NCBI RefSeq assembly: GCF_900143275.1
Contig: NZ_FSRO01000001.1
Span: 1,420,116-1,444,115, forward strand
DNA length: 24,000 nucleotides
From: Nitrosomonas cryotolerans ATCC 49181
GTDB taxonomy: Bacteria; Pseudomonadota; Gammaproteobacteria; Burkholderiales; Nitrosomonadaceae
Reading direction: 5' to 3'
The number at the start of each line of letters is the position of its first letter. Within the stretch, counting starts at the first letter, position 1. This document shows positions 1 to 7,785 of the stretch, one piece after another. The translations under genes were made by a program, and so were the position numbers. The notes below the pieces were generated by a model. That model was not told where the DNA came from and made no database searches. It saw only the letters and a list, made by a program, of their open reading frames with translations.

Positions 1-254
1 TTGTGCGGCAATTAGAATACAAGTCGCTGTGGTACGGGCGAGAGCTTGTAGGTATTGACCGATGGTATCCAAGCAGCAAACGCTGCTCGGGATGTGGGCA
101 TACCGTAAACAAGATGCCTTTGAATGTGCGTGAATGGACTTGTCCGGAATGCGGATCAATCCATGATCGAGACATCAACGCAGCGCGTAATGTTTTGGCC
201 GCTGGACTGGCGGTGTCAGCCCTTGGAGAATCTATAAGTCCTGTTTGCATTTAG
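1..254 (+). CDS. tnpB: TnpB (OrfB) RNA-guided endonuclease, C-terminal fragment (5' part off-window)
   Basis: The open frame enters from the left edge. The tail ..[51 protein letters not shown].. is identical to the C-terminus of the 379-aa ORF at 14711..15850. It has a CxxC..CxxC zinc finger and the DRDxNAA RuvC-III-like motif typical of TnpB. Confidence 0.9.
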   Translation, partial: VRQLEYKSLWYGRELVGIDRWYPSSKRCSGCGHTVNKMPLNVREWTCPECGSIHDRDINAARNVLAAGLAVSALGESISPVCI

Positions 255-316
255 GTGCGTCCGGGTTGGATTCGTTGAATTGGGAATCCCCTTCGTTTAC
301 GGAGGGGAGCAGTCAA
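1..316 (+). mobile_element. Right-end portion of an IS200/IS605-family tnpB-only element (copy 1; the rest lies off the left edge)
   Basis: Bases 1..316 read identically to 15597..15912. Identity stops right after GGAGGGGAGCAGTCAA. The copies then diverge (TTCATC.. here, CTATAG.. in the other copy), which defines the element's right end. Confidence 0.85.
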
Positions 317-793
317 TTCATCAAGCTTGTCACCATTGAGTATTTTTGGTCTTCCTAGTGACACACCTTCTTCTTTAGCCCGTTTCAAACCAGATTGCGT
401 TCGCTCGATCAAAAGATCGCGTTCGAACTCGGCCACTGCTGTGATGATGCCCATCGTCATTTTTCCTGCCGCACTGGTTAAGTCAACACCGCCAAGGGCT
501 AAGCAGTGCAATCGTACGTTTTCTTTTTCAAGAAATTCTGCGGTTGATCTCACATCCATTGCATTACGCCCCAGACGATCAAGCTTTGTTACAACCAGGA
601 TGTCACCCGATTCCAAACGATCAACTAATTTACAAAAACCAGGCCGCTGTTTAGCGGCCACTGAGCCGCTAATATTTTCTTCAATGATCCGATTTGAGGA
701 AATGGTGAATCCTGCGGCATTAATTTCAATGATTTGGTTTTTGGTTGTTTGGTCAAAAGTTGAAACACGGCAATAGGCAAATACACGACTCAT
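251..793 (-). CDS. Serine recombinase (resolvase/invertase family), 3' end disrupted by the IS605-family insertion
   Basis: The N-terminus [15 protein letters not shown] carries the catalytic Ser motif. [11 protein letters not shown] and [21 protein letters not shown] match the resolvase catalytic domain. Only codons 1-159 (317..793) are native. The last 21 codons are read out of the IS right end (254..316), so the usual C-terminal HTH is missing. Confidence 0.8.
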   Translation of the reverse strand: MSRVFAYCRVSTFDQTTKNQIIEINAAGFTISSNRIIEENISGSVAAKQRPGFCKLVDRLESGDILVVTKLDRLGRNAMDVRSTAEFLEKENVRLHCLALGGVDLTSAAGKMTMGIITAVAEFERDLLIERTQSGLKRAKEEGVSLGRPKILNGDKLDELTAPLRKRRGFPIQRIQPGRT

Positions 794-901
794 TTTTAAT
801 CTCTTAAGGTTCTAATCTTAAATTTTGATAGAAGCGGACTATAAACTGTCCAAAATGGGTGTTCGTATGTTAACACGTGTACAAAACCAGAAAAGCTATT
901 A

Positions 902-930
902 TTAGGACAGCTAAAAGCAGCCTGTCCGAA
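902..930. promoter_or_regulatory. Candidate recombinase binding site (imperfect palindrome TTAGGACAG-N11-CTGTCCGAA)
   Basis: The half-sites are TTAGGACAG (902..910) and, in reverse complement, TTCGGACAG (922..930), matching 8/9. A third similar half-site CTGTCCAAA lies at 846..854. All sit about 50-140 bp upstream of the recombinase start. TGTC-containing inverted half-sites are typical of res/hix-type sites. Confidence 0.25.
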
Positions 931-1088
931 AACGATCGTTTTTGAACAGGGATAGATCAATGTCTAGCACAATGGAAGGGCAGTTAATGAAGGGAAGGGT
1001 TTTTTCATTCTTGGGGGTTTGAATGAGGAGAGGGCGGGTTTTAATTTCTGGTTCTAAGTTGTTTTTTCTTGTAGAGGAGGAGGGTGGC

Positions 1089-1197
1089 GGCTCTGTTGCA
1101 AAAAATAAAACCAGTTGTATTTTATTTTTTAAACAATTGTTTTTCAGATATCTTTTAAAGCCACTTTTCATCAAAAATTATTTTTTGCAACAGAGCC
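1089..1197. mobile_element. 109-bp IR-only mini-element (MITE-like) derived from the IS6-family element
   Basis: It starts GGCTCTGTTGCAAAAAATAAAACCAGTTG and ends ..ATTATTTTTTGCAACAGAGCC. These are the same terminal inverted repeats and subterminal bases as the 827-bp IS at 4489..5315. There is no coding capacity between them. Confidence 0.6.
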
Positions 1198-1301
1198 GAA
1201 ATTCATACTATGAATGACGCATTACGTACCTTTGTTGGAATTTACCCTGAAAACAGAAATCTAATTATCTGATCCATTTTTAATGTTTCTGTTAACGCCA
1301 T

Positions 1302-2750
1302 CTAAGAATCATGCATACGATACTTTCCTTTAACGATTGCTTCAAAGATTTCTCCCGGCACAATGTTTTCATCACTATGCATGACTCGATGAAATAGTTC
1401 ATCGGGCAATACGCGAAGCACGGTCATTAATCCTTTTACGCCCATATGCCATTCTTTTCTCATTCCTCGAGTCTCCCGCTTTCCGTTGATCTTTCTTAGC
1501 GCTGCTTGACTCATGGGCATAGCTTTCATTTTCTGCGGGTAGCCGGGCACTTCAAAAGCAGGCTTCTCAAGTACCGATTCCGCTAACGGACGATTTGGAA
1601 GAGAGTCCAGGTATTGTGAAATACTCTCTTCTCCACGAATGCGGGGCCCTATTTGTGGCACCATGTGATTCATCATGTGGTGCACCATATGGCAATGAAA
1701 AATCCAGTCACCAGGATTAAAAGCTACAAATTCAAAATCTTGAGCCATTGCCACTCCCGTCAAAGTTGTATTTCTCGGAATCCATGCATTGGTAGGGATT
1801 CTACCGCCTTCCGTACCCGTCAACCAGAACGTATGGCCGTGAATGTGAATGGGGTGATGTTGCATCGGACTAAAATTCACTAATCGTATGCGCACCCGTT
1901 CACCGTGTTTGCACACCAAAGGCGTGGTATATGGGCCACTGCGCCCGTTAATAGTATGCCAGTTCCAGTCCATGCGCATGGAATCCACCGTATTCGAATT
2001 GGGAGGAATAAAAAAGTTTTGAAAGATCAACCCGAAATCACGATCAACGGGCGGGTCGTAAGCGATGCGGGGATGAATAATAAAAAAACCGACCATGCCA
2101 AATGCTTCTTGCATGGCCACGTGGCTATGATAAAAAAAAGTGCCGGTCTGGTGCAGATCATATTCGTAAATTTTGCTTTTTCCGGGCGGAATAAGGTGTT
2201 GCGTCAGACCTGGAACGCCATCGAATTCCACCGGCAATTCCAGTCCATGCCAATGCAAAGAAGTCGGTTCCGGCAGTTCATTATGAACCACAATTCGTAC
2301 ACGGTCTCCTTGCACGGCTTCTATCGTAGGGCCTGGCATACTGTTATTAAACCCCCAGACATTCATGTATTGGCCAGGAAGAAACTCACGTTTAACAGGC
2401 GTGCAGCGAAGCTCAAACTCTTTAGCACCATTAACCATTCTCCAAGGTAGCTTATCAAGATCAGGGGTCTCGAATGGAACGGCCTCAAGACCTGATTTTC
2501 GAAGGCCAGGAACCAGCTTGCCAAGATACTCATCGGAGTCAGGCGGACCACCAAAACTGGGCCGATATCGTGAGTAATCGGAGAATTCTGAATTAGCAGA
2601 CTGCGGTTTATTTTTGTTGTCATTAACAGAATTCTCGCGCGACTGAGATTGGTTAAGTGTTTCGCTTTTTCCCAGCCGGGGAGATAATGACCCGACAGCT
2701 GCAGCCGCACCTGCAAGTAAAACTTGTCGTCGCGTTACATCGTCTTTCAT
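1302..2750 (-). CDS. Tat-exported two-domain multicopper oxidase with a long C-terminal extension
   Basis: SD GAGGAG lies 5 nt upstream. There is a twin-arginine leader TRRQVLLAGAAAAVGS. Copper-ligand motifs are HWHG (166-169), YHSH (207-210), HPIHIHGH (299-306) and HCHMVHHMMNHM (352-363). Only about 89 residues separate motifs 2 and 3, enough for two cupredoxin domains but not three. About 119 residues follow the last motif. Confidence 0.85.
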   Translation of the reverse strand: MKDDVTRRQVLLAGAAAAVGSLSPRLGKSETLNQSQSRENSVNDNKNKPQSANSEFSDYSRYRPSFGGPPDSDEYLGKLVPGLRKSGLEAVPFETPDLDKLPWRMVNGAKEFELRCTPVKREFLPGQYMNVWGFNNSMPGPTIEAVQGDRVRIVVHNELPEPTSLHWHGLELPVEFDGVPGLTQHLIPPGKSKIYEYDLHQTGTFFYHSHVAMQEAFGMVGFFIIHPRIAYDPPVDRDFGLIFQNFFIPPNSNTVDSMRMDWNWHTINGRSGPYTTPLVCKHGERVRIRLVNFSPMQHHPIHIHGHTFWLTGTEGGRIPTNAWIPRNTTLTGVAMAQDFEFVAFNPGDWIFHCHMVHHMMNHMVPQIGPRIRGEESISQYLDSLPNRPLAESVLEKPAFEVPGYPQKMKAMPMSQAALRKINGKRETRGMRKEWHMGVKGLMTVLRVLPDELFHRVMHSDENIVPGEIFEAIVKGKYRMHDS

Positions 2751-2799
2751 CCTGACTCCTCATTGCTAAAAAAATGGCGCCATATCAGATTTTTCATCC

Positions 2800-4290
2800 T
2801 CATCTAGGTTTCGGAATGGCACCGATATGACCGGGCGACGTCACATTTTGTGGCGCTTGTAGACCGTCAGTCAGCAATAGCCCTTCTATGGCGACTCTAC
2901 TTGTGCGCCAGACAATCAATTGATCCACATATTCCATCCGGTTTGCAAAAAATTCGCGTTGAGATTCCAGTACTGCAGGCCATGTCTCACGCGCAGCTTG
3001 ATAGCTCTGCAATTGAGTTTTGTAGCGTTGTTCTGATTCTGGCAATATTATTTCCCGGTAACTATTAATATGTTGAAGTGCCGTGAGATATTGCTGAAAT
3101 TGTTCAGCTAAGCTCCGGCGTAACAGAAGCTCCATACGTTTAACTTCGGACTCTTGTCTTGCCAGATCGGCATATGCTTGTTTAAGAGTGCCTTGGTTTC
3201 GATCAAATATAGGGATTTCGATGAAAGCTTGTACGCCAAACACTGTTTCGTCGGCTACATTATTGCGTCCACTGGCCAGTTGCACATTTATATTGGGAAT
3301 GGGTTCCACTCGTTCCCGCTCAACTGTAATTTGATCGGATTTTACATTGGCGCGAGCAAGGCCCAGCTCTGGACTTTCTTGTAAGAGTCGTTGCAGTGCC
3401 TCTTCAAATTTCAGAGGGGTTTCGCTTTCTGTTAAATCTCCTGAAACCTGCGTTGAGGGGAGCGATGTTCCTACTATGGTAATTAAGCGTTCTTTTTCCA
3501 GCGCTAATTCATTCTCGGTCCTTTGTACGTTTAACTGTTGTTGCTGAAGTCGCACTTTTGCTTGATGAATATCCGCTTCATTGGCCTGGCCAACATTAAA
3601 CATTTCTTGCACAGTTAAAAAATAATCCTGCCAACTTTTGAGAAGCTCCTGTTGAATTTTGACTCGCTCCTGAAACCCTACAAGACGATAAAATTGAATG
3701 ACGATACCATTTATTACCCGATATTCCTGTGCCAGTGATTGGAACTCCGCTGCGGAAGCGCGCGCTAAATATTTTTGACGACTCAGATCAAGCTTTCCTG
3801 CTGTGATAATTTCCTGGCGAATAAATCCCCCTTGAAATTCCCCGCTTGTACCTTTTACGCCAATTTGGTCTGCAGAATACCCAATAACAGGATTGGGATA
3901 TAATCCCGCCTGAAGTGCTTTAGCACGTTCAGCTTCAACATGAGACCAGGCTTGTGTTAATGTAGGATTGTATTGCCTAGCGAGATTCACCAGCGTATCC
4001 AGAGTAAGCGGTCCTTCTTCGCGAAATGCTTTGTTATTTCCCTGCTCAGTCAGAGAAAGAGCTGATGGTGAATTAATATTCTCGGACAAAGAGACACTGG
4101 AACGGAATGGAGTCATCTCAAGGCGAGATTGGTTTGTGATTGATGAGCTCTGCTGATGAGGAGGCGTAGCACACCCGACTACAGTTATGCTTAAAATTAG
4201 TTGAATAATCAAGCTCTGTTTTGTTCTGCACCAAAATAAAACTTGATTCCTATTTTCCGGCTTTTTCATAGTTTTTGATCTAGTGTGCAT
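2800..4290 (-). CDS. Outer-membrane efflux protein, TolC/NodT (OMF) family lipoprotein
   Basis: 496-aa ORF with a lipoprotein-type signal ending ..LILSITVVGC (lipobox VVGC). It has an OMF-type opening LTLDTLVNLARQYNPTL and long Q/E/L/R-rich helical repeats in two halves. The start is uncertain (Met1 at 4290 or Met8 at 4269), and neither has a clear SD. Confidence 0.8.
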   Translation of the reverse strand: MHTRSKTMKKPENRNQVLFWCRTKQSLIIQLILSITVVGCATPPHQQSSSITNQSRLEMTPFRSSVSLSENINSPSALSLTEQGNNKAFREEGPLTLDTLVNLARQYNPTLTQAWSHVEAERAKALQAGLYPNPVIGYSADQIGVKGTSGEFQGGFIRQEIITAGKLDLSRQKYLARASAAEFQSLAQEYRVINGIVIQFYRLVGFQERVKIQQELLKSWQDYFLTVQEMFNVGQANEADIHQAKVRLQQQQLNVQRTENELALEKERLITIVGTSLPSTQVSGDLTESETPLKFEEALQRLLQESPELGLARANVKSDQITVERERVEPIPNINVQLASGRNNVADETVFGVQAFIEIPIFDRNQGTLKQAYADLARQESEVKRMELLLRRSLAEQFQQYLTALQHINSYREIILPESEQRYKTQLQSYQAARETWPAVLESQREFFANRMEYVDQLIVWRTSRVAIEGLLLTDGLQAPQNVTSPGHIGAIPKPR

Positions 4291-4488
4291 AGCGTCAAAA
4301 TTATTTAACCAAGCATAGTCTGGGTCAAATGATTACTAATGATGTTTCTCCCTAATAGGCGGCTAATCCAGACAAAAACCTAGAAACGTTTTTGTGAAAG
4401 TATCTTCAATAATAACCAAAGTGAAATTTCAACATCAAAGTTTTAAAGTATGCAAAATTGTAGCTCTTTCCTTTCTCATGAAATTTAA

Positions 4489-5315
4489 GGCTCTGTTGCA
4501 AAAAATAAACGAGTTGGTGCATTATTGAATTTTTAAGGATATATCGCAATGTCGGATTTCAAATGGCGGCATCACCATAGTGGTGTGATTCTCGGGTGTG
4601 TCCGGTAGTACTGCAAATACGGGATTAGCTATCGGGAATTAGAAGAAATGATGCTGGAACGCGGGTTTGAAGTCGATCATACAACGCTTTACCGCTGGGT
4701 TCAGCATTATGCGCCAGAAATAGAGAGGCGCTTGCGATGGCACTATAAGGCGGGGATTGCTCGCAGCTGGCGAGTAGATGAGACTTATGTAAAAGTTAAA
4801 GAAGAATGGGCGTATTTATACCGGACTGTCGACAAGTGTGGCCACACAATTGATTTTTATTTGTCGTCTACTCGCAGTGCTAAAACGGCTAAGCGGTTCC
4901 TCGGCAAGGCATTCAAGCCCATAAAGCCATGGGCACATCCAAAGACGATCAATACAGACAAAGCACCGACTTTCGGCCCCGCTATTACTGAATTGCAGGA
5001 AGAAGAAAAATGCCCAAAATATACGATACATCGGCAGGTGAAATACCTGAATAATATTGTCGAAGCCGATCACGGAAAACTCAAGCAACTGATAAACCCA
5101 GTGCGTGGGTTTAAATCCTTAAAGACCGCCTATGCAATGATCAAGGGGTTTGAAATCATGCGCATGTTCAAGGAAGGGCAAATGGATAATTGGAAATACA
5201 GGCAGGGCTTCACAGGATAAATCCGTCTTATTGAAAGACAATTCTATTCTTACACCGAATAATACAACATATCAGAGACTTGCTCTGATCAATGCTATTT
5301 TTTTGCAACAGAGCC
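4489..5315 (+). mobile_element. IS6-family insertion sequence (IS26-like size, 827 bp)
   Basis: The terminal inverted repeats are GGCTCTGTTGCAAAAAAT.. (4489) and ..ATTTTTTTGCAACAGAGCC (5315), close to the IS26-type IR GGCACTGTTGCAAA. There is a single transposase frame inside. The 8-bp flanks differ (AAATTTAA vs CGATTTTG), so no target duplication is visible. Confidence 0.85.
4549..5262 (+). pseudogene. IS6-family DDE transposase with two in-frame stop codons
   Basis: Frame 1 reads MSDFKWRHHHSGVILGCVR*YCKYGISYRELEEMMLERGFEVDHTTLYRWVQHYAPE..DETYVKV..AYLYRTVD..TIDFYLS..INTDKAPTF..NNIVEADHGKLK..GFTG*IRLIERQFYSYTE. This is collinear with IS26 Tnp26 as I remember it. A TAG at 4606..4608 replaces the conserved Trp of RWYCKYG. 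A TAA at 5218..5220 sits where the decayed copy at 13310 reads GEIRFIKRQF. Confidence 0.8.
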
Positions 5316-5402
5316 CGATTTTGAGCTTCTTGTTAAACTGTTTTAACCTGCATGGAGAGTACGAATTATCAGATCAGATTTTCCTGTACCATAATAGCTT
5401 GG

Positions 5403-5933
5403 TCATTTAGACCTTAGGTACTCCAGTATAGTGTCGGCACCAGAAATCTCAAAAGGATCATCGGGGCAATTGTCTGCATAACCGGGTTCAACGAACATTT
5501 TTTCTATCTCCTTGTTCTGAACAACCATGGAATACCGCCATGAACGCATACTGAAACCTAAGTTCGATTTGTCTACAAGCATTCCCATCTTTCGAGTGAA
5601 CTCTGCATTTCCATCGGGTAGCAGAAATATTTTCTCGACTCCAAGATGTTTGCGCCATTGATACATAACAAATGCGTCATTTACGGACAAGCAAACCACC
5701 TCATCAATACCCAATGCTTTGAAATCATCATAGTGTTTCTCGTAACCAGGCAGATGAGCAGTTGTACACGTCGGCGTGTACGCGCCGGGTAACGCGAATA
5801 ATACAACTCGCTTGTTCTTAAAAATATCGTCTGTTGTAACGTCCTGCCAGCGAAATGGATTATCACCACCTATCGACTCATCACGTACGCGGGTTTTAAA
5901 AGTTACGTTGGGTATCTGCCTTTGCTCTGTCAT
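5403..5933 (-). CDS. Peroxiredoxin, Prx5-like (AhpC/TSA superfamily)
   Basis: 176 aa. FALPGAYTPTCT contains the peroxidatic Cys motif (PGAxTPxC). Length and layout fit Prx5-type enzymes. The start overlaps the upstream HiPIP stop (ATGA, 5930..5933). Confidence 0.85.
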   Translation of the reverse strand: MTEQRQIPNVTFKTRVRDESIGGDNPFRWQDVTTDDIFKNKRVVLFALPGAYTPTCTTAHLPGYEKHYDDFKALGIDEVVCLSVNDAFVMYQWRKHLGVEKIFLLPDGNAEFTRKMGMLVDKSNLGFSMRSWRYSMVVQNKEIEKMFVEPGYADNCPDDPFEISGADTILEYLRSK

Positions 5934-6217
5934 GATTTTGGAGCATAAGCGTTACACCAACCTTGCGGACTAATGCTACCCGCTACCACTTTACATTCAC
6001 CGTCGTCTTTTGATGTCTTGCCTGGGATGAACTGTATGCAGTTGCTACATTCCTGTTTACCATTTGGCTCGTCGCGGTATTGCATCTCTGATTTAGAAGC
6101 TTTCGAAGAGTCTGCCGCCTGTAATAGCCCTGTACCGAGAAGCGGCACAACAGCTGCACCTATTGCCGCAATTTTTATAGCGTCACGACGTGAAAACTTA
6201 TTTTTACGATAATCCAT
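5930..6217 (-). CDS. hip: High-potential iron-sulfur protein (HiPIP), Tat-exported
   Basis: SD AAGGAG lies 6 nt upstream. There is a twin-arginine signal FSRRDAIKIAAIGAAV. The C-terminal pattern CSNC-x14-C-x13-C with GWC is characteristic of HiPIPs. Confidence 0.8.
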   Translation of the reverse strand: MDYRKNKFSRRDAIKIAAIGAAVVPLLGTGLLQAADSSKASKSEMQYRDEPNGKQECSNCIQFIPGKTSKDDGECKVVAGSISPQGWCNAYAPKS

Positions 6218-6477
6218 TGCTTTCTCCTTGAGTTATCGAGCAAGACGAGACTGGTTAACCATGCCCACCATTTTCCCATTTGGCATGTTTTATAGATTAT
6301 GGCTGTAAAATAGTTTAATGAACGTTGCTTGGCTATTTATACAATTGAAATAATGCAATGGATGCTCGTTATTGTCAATGACGAAGATGGTATGGCCGCC
6401 CCCTCCCTCCGGGGAGCAGGGTAAACAACGCGAATTAAGTTAGAACCCCTAGAGAACCTGACGGCATCTAGGAGAGC

Positions 6478-6630
6478 TTGACATCCTCCCCTTCCTAAAC
6501 GAAGGGGATTCCTAGCGACTTATTAAGCCGTTAAGAGTAGGTTTGTATTGCTACTGCCTACTGGTTCCTGCTTCTTAGACGAAACTAACGTTTCAACTCC
6601 ACAGGCTAACAAGCGATGTCCTCGCTCAAG
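6478..6630 (-). ncRNA. Predicted omega/right-end guide RNA scaffold of the TnpB at 6523..7755
   Basis: It overlaps the 3' end of tnpB plus the RE, as is established for TnpB systems. A terminal hairpin CCCCTTC-GTTTAG-GAAGGGG is followed by AGGATGTCAA. The 5' limit is a guess. The presumptive guide would be the flanking GCTCTCCTAGATGCCGTCAG, which is rc of 6458..6477. Confidence 0.4.
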
Positions 6631-7755
6631 TACATTCAAGGCACCTACCAAGTCGGCATTGGCTTTAAATCCACATTCTGTACATTCAAAAGCACTTTGG
6701 CTTTTGCGATTGTCACGACTAACATGTTGACATCCAGGGCAGGTTTGAGAGGTGTATTGAGGGTTTACCTTCAATACATCCCCGCCTGAACAAGCCTGTT
6801 TATACTCCAAAAACGAAACGAACATTCCCCATCCTTGGTCAAGAATGGATTTGTTTAGACCCGATTTCGCTTTGACGTTTTTACCATGCTTTTCAACACT
6901 GCCCTTGGCACTCTTAGACATGTTTCCTATCTTTAAATTCTCAACTACGACCATTGCGTGATTTTTGCTGATTTCGGTTGAGGTTTTGTGTAAGAAGTCT
7001 AAACGAGCATTGGCAATACGCTCATGCAGTCGGGTAATGATTTGTTTCTGCTTTTTCCAGTTAGCAGAGAAACGGACTTTTTTAGACAGCTTACGCTGTT
7101 CAAAAGCCAGTTTCTTTGATAACTTTCTGAAACTGTTTAAAGGTTCTACGTATGAGCCGTCTGACAAGGTTGCAAAGCGGGTAACGCCCATATCAACACC
7201 AATCATACTGGTTGAGCTATGACGCTTTAGCTCGGTCTCGTACTCAGTCTGAATCGACACGTACCAATAACCGCCTTTACGGGAAATCGTCATATTTTTA
7301 ACGTCACCAATGACTTGGCGTGAATTACGATATTTCACCCAACCGATTTTAGGCAAGAACACTTTGTTAGACTCTTGCTCCAGCTTAAATCCTTGTGGAT
7401 AACGAAAGCTGTCACTCAAACCTTTTTTCTTGAATTTTGGAATCCGTTTTAAAGGCTGTTTTTTATCAAAACCGTCTTTGAACGCTTTTTCTAAGTTTTT
7501 TAAGGCTTGTTGCAACGGTTGAGAATGAACGGTTTTTAGAAATCCATAATCTTCTGAGGATTTCCATAGCTTTAGCCAAAATGACAACTCGTTGTACCAA
7601 AGCAATGGCTGTTTCTGCTCTAATCTGAACAGATTCATTGCTAAGGCTTTATTCCAAACAAACCGATTAGCACCCGCAAACTCAACCATCTTCTGTACTT
7701 GGTCAGAATTTGGATTGAGTCGAAATTTAAAGGCTTTGCGTATAATCTGCTTCAT
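6523..7755 (-). CDS. tnpB: TnpB (OrfB) RNA-guided endonuclease
   Basis: The likely start is Met31 of the listed ORF (MKQIIRKAFKFRLNPNSDQ..), the usual TnpB N-terminus. Motifs include GVDMGV (RuvC-I), VVVENL (RuvC-II), the zinc finger CPGC..CTECG, and ANADLVGALNV (RuvC-III). Confidence 0.9.
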   Translation of the reverse strand: MKQIIRKAFKFRLNPNSDQVQKMVEFAGANRFVWNKALAMNLFRLEQKQPLLWYNELSFWLKLWKSSEDYGFLKTVHSQPLQQALKNLEKAFKDGFDKKQPLKRIPKFKKKGLSDSFRYPQGFKLEQESNKVFLPKIGWVKYRNSRQVIGDVKNMTISRKGGYWYVSIQTEYETELKRHSSTSMIGVDMGVTRFATLSDGSYVEPLNSFRKLSKKLAFEQRKLSKKVRFSANWKKQKQIITRLHERIANARLDFLHKTSTEISKNHAMVVVENLKIGNMSKSAKGSVEKHGKNVKAKSGLNKSILDQGWGMFVSFLEYKQACSGGDVLKVNPQYTSQTCPGCQHVSRDNRKSQSAFECTECGFKANADLVGALNVLERGHRLLACGVETLVSSKKQEPVGSSNTNLLLTA

Positions 7756-7785
7756 GGTTATAATTATACAAAAAGGAATTGGTCT

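Noticed and set aside
1-793. Serine recombinase plus tnpB as an IS607-type element.
   Set aside because: The genes are convergent. The recombinase has the resolvase layout (catalytic domain first) rather than the HTH-first IS607 TnpA layout. The copy comparison also shows the IS ends at 316, inside the recombinase ORF.
911-1217. ORFs 911..1174 (-) and 1023..1217 (+).
   Set aside because: They run across the 109-bp IS6 mini-element and homopolymer-rich spacer. There are no SDs and no recognisable motifs.
1653-4156. Many 60-180-aa ORFs lie antisense to or out of frame within the multicopper oxidase and TolC-like genes (for example 1905..2450, 2363..2716, 3154..3384, 3968..4156). Analogous ones lie inside tnpB, glpK, the protease and the PAP2-like gene.
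   Set aside because: They lie wholly inside long ORFs that have clear family motifs. They have no SD and a low-complexity or odd composition, so they are shadow ORFs.
6394-6432. CCGCCCCCTCCCTCCGGGGAGCAGGGTAAAC, next to the IS605 right end, shares GGGGAGCAG with the other element's right end. Possibly another RE relic.
   Set aside because: Only a 9-mer plus loosely C-rich and G-rich arms match, which is too degenerate to call without a proper alignment.
7394-7402. A perfect DnaA box, TGTGGATAA, inside the tnpB coding sequence.
   Set aside because: It is isolated, within a mobile-element gene, and most simply a chance occurrence. It is mentioned because it tempers the statistics for the cluster at 16.7 kb.
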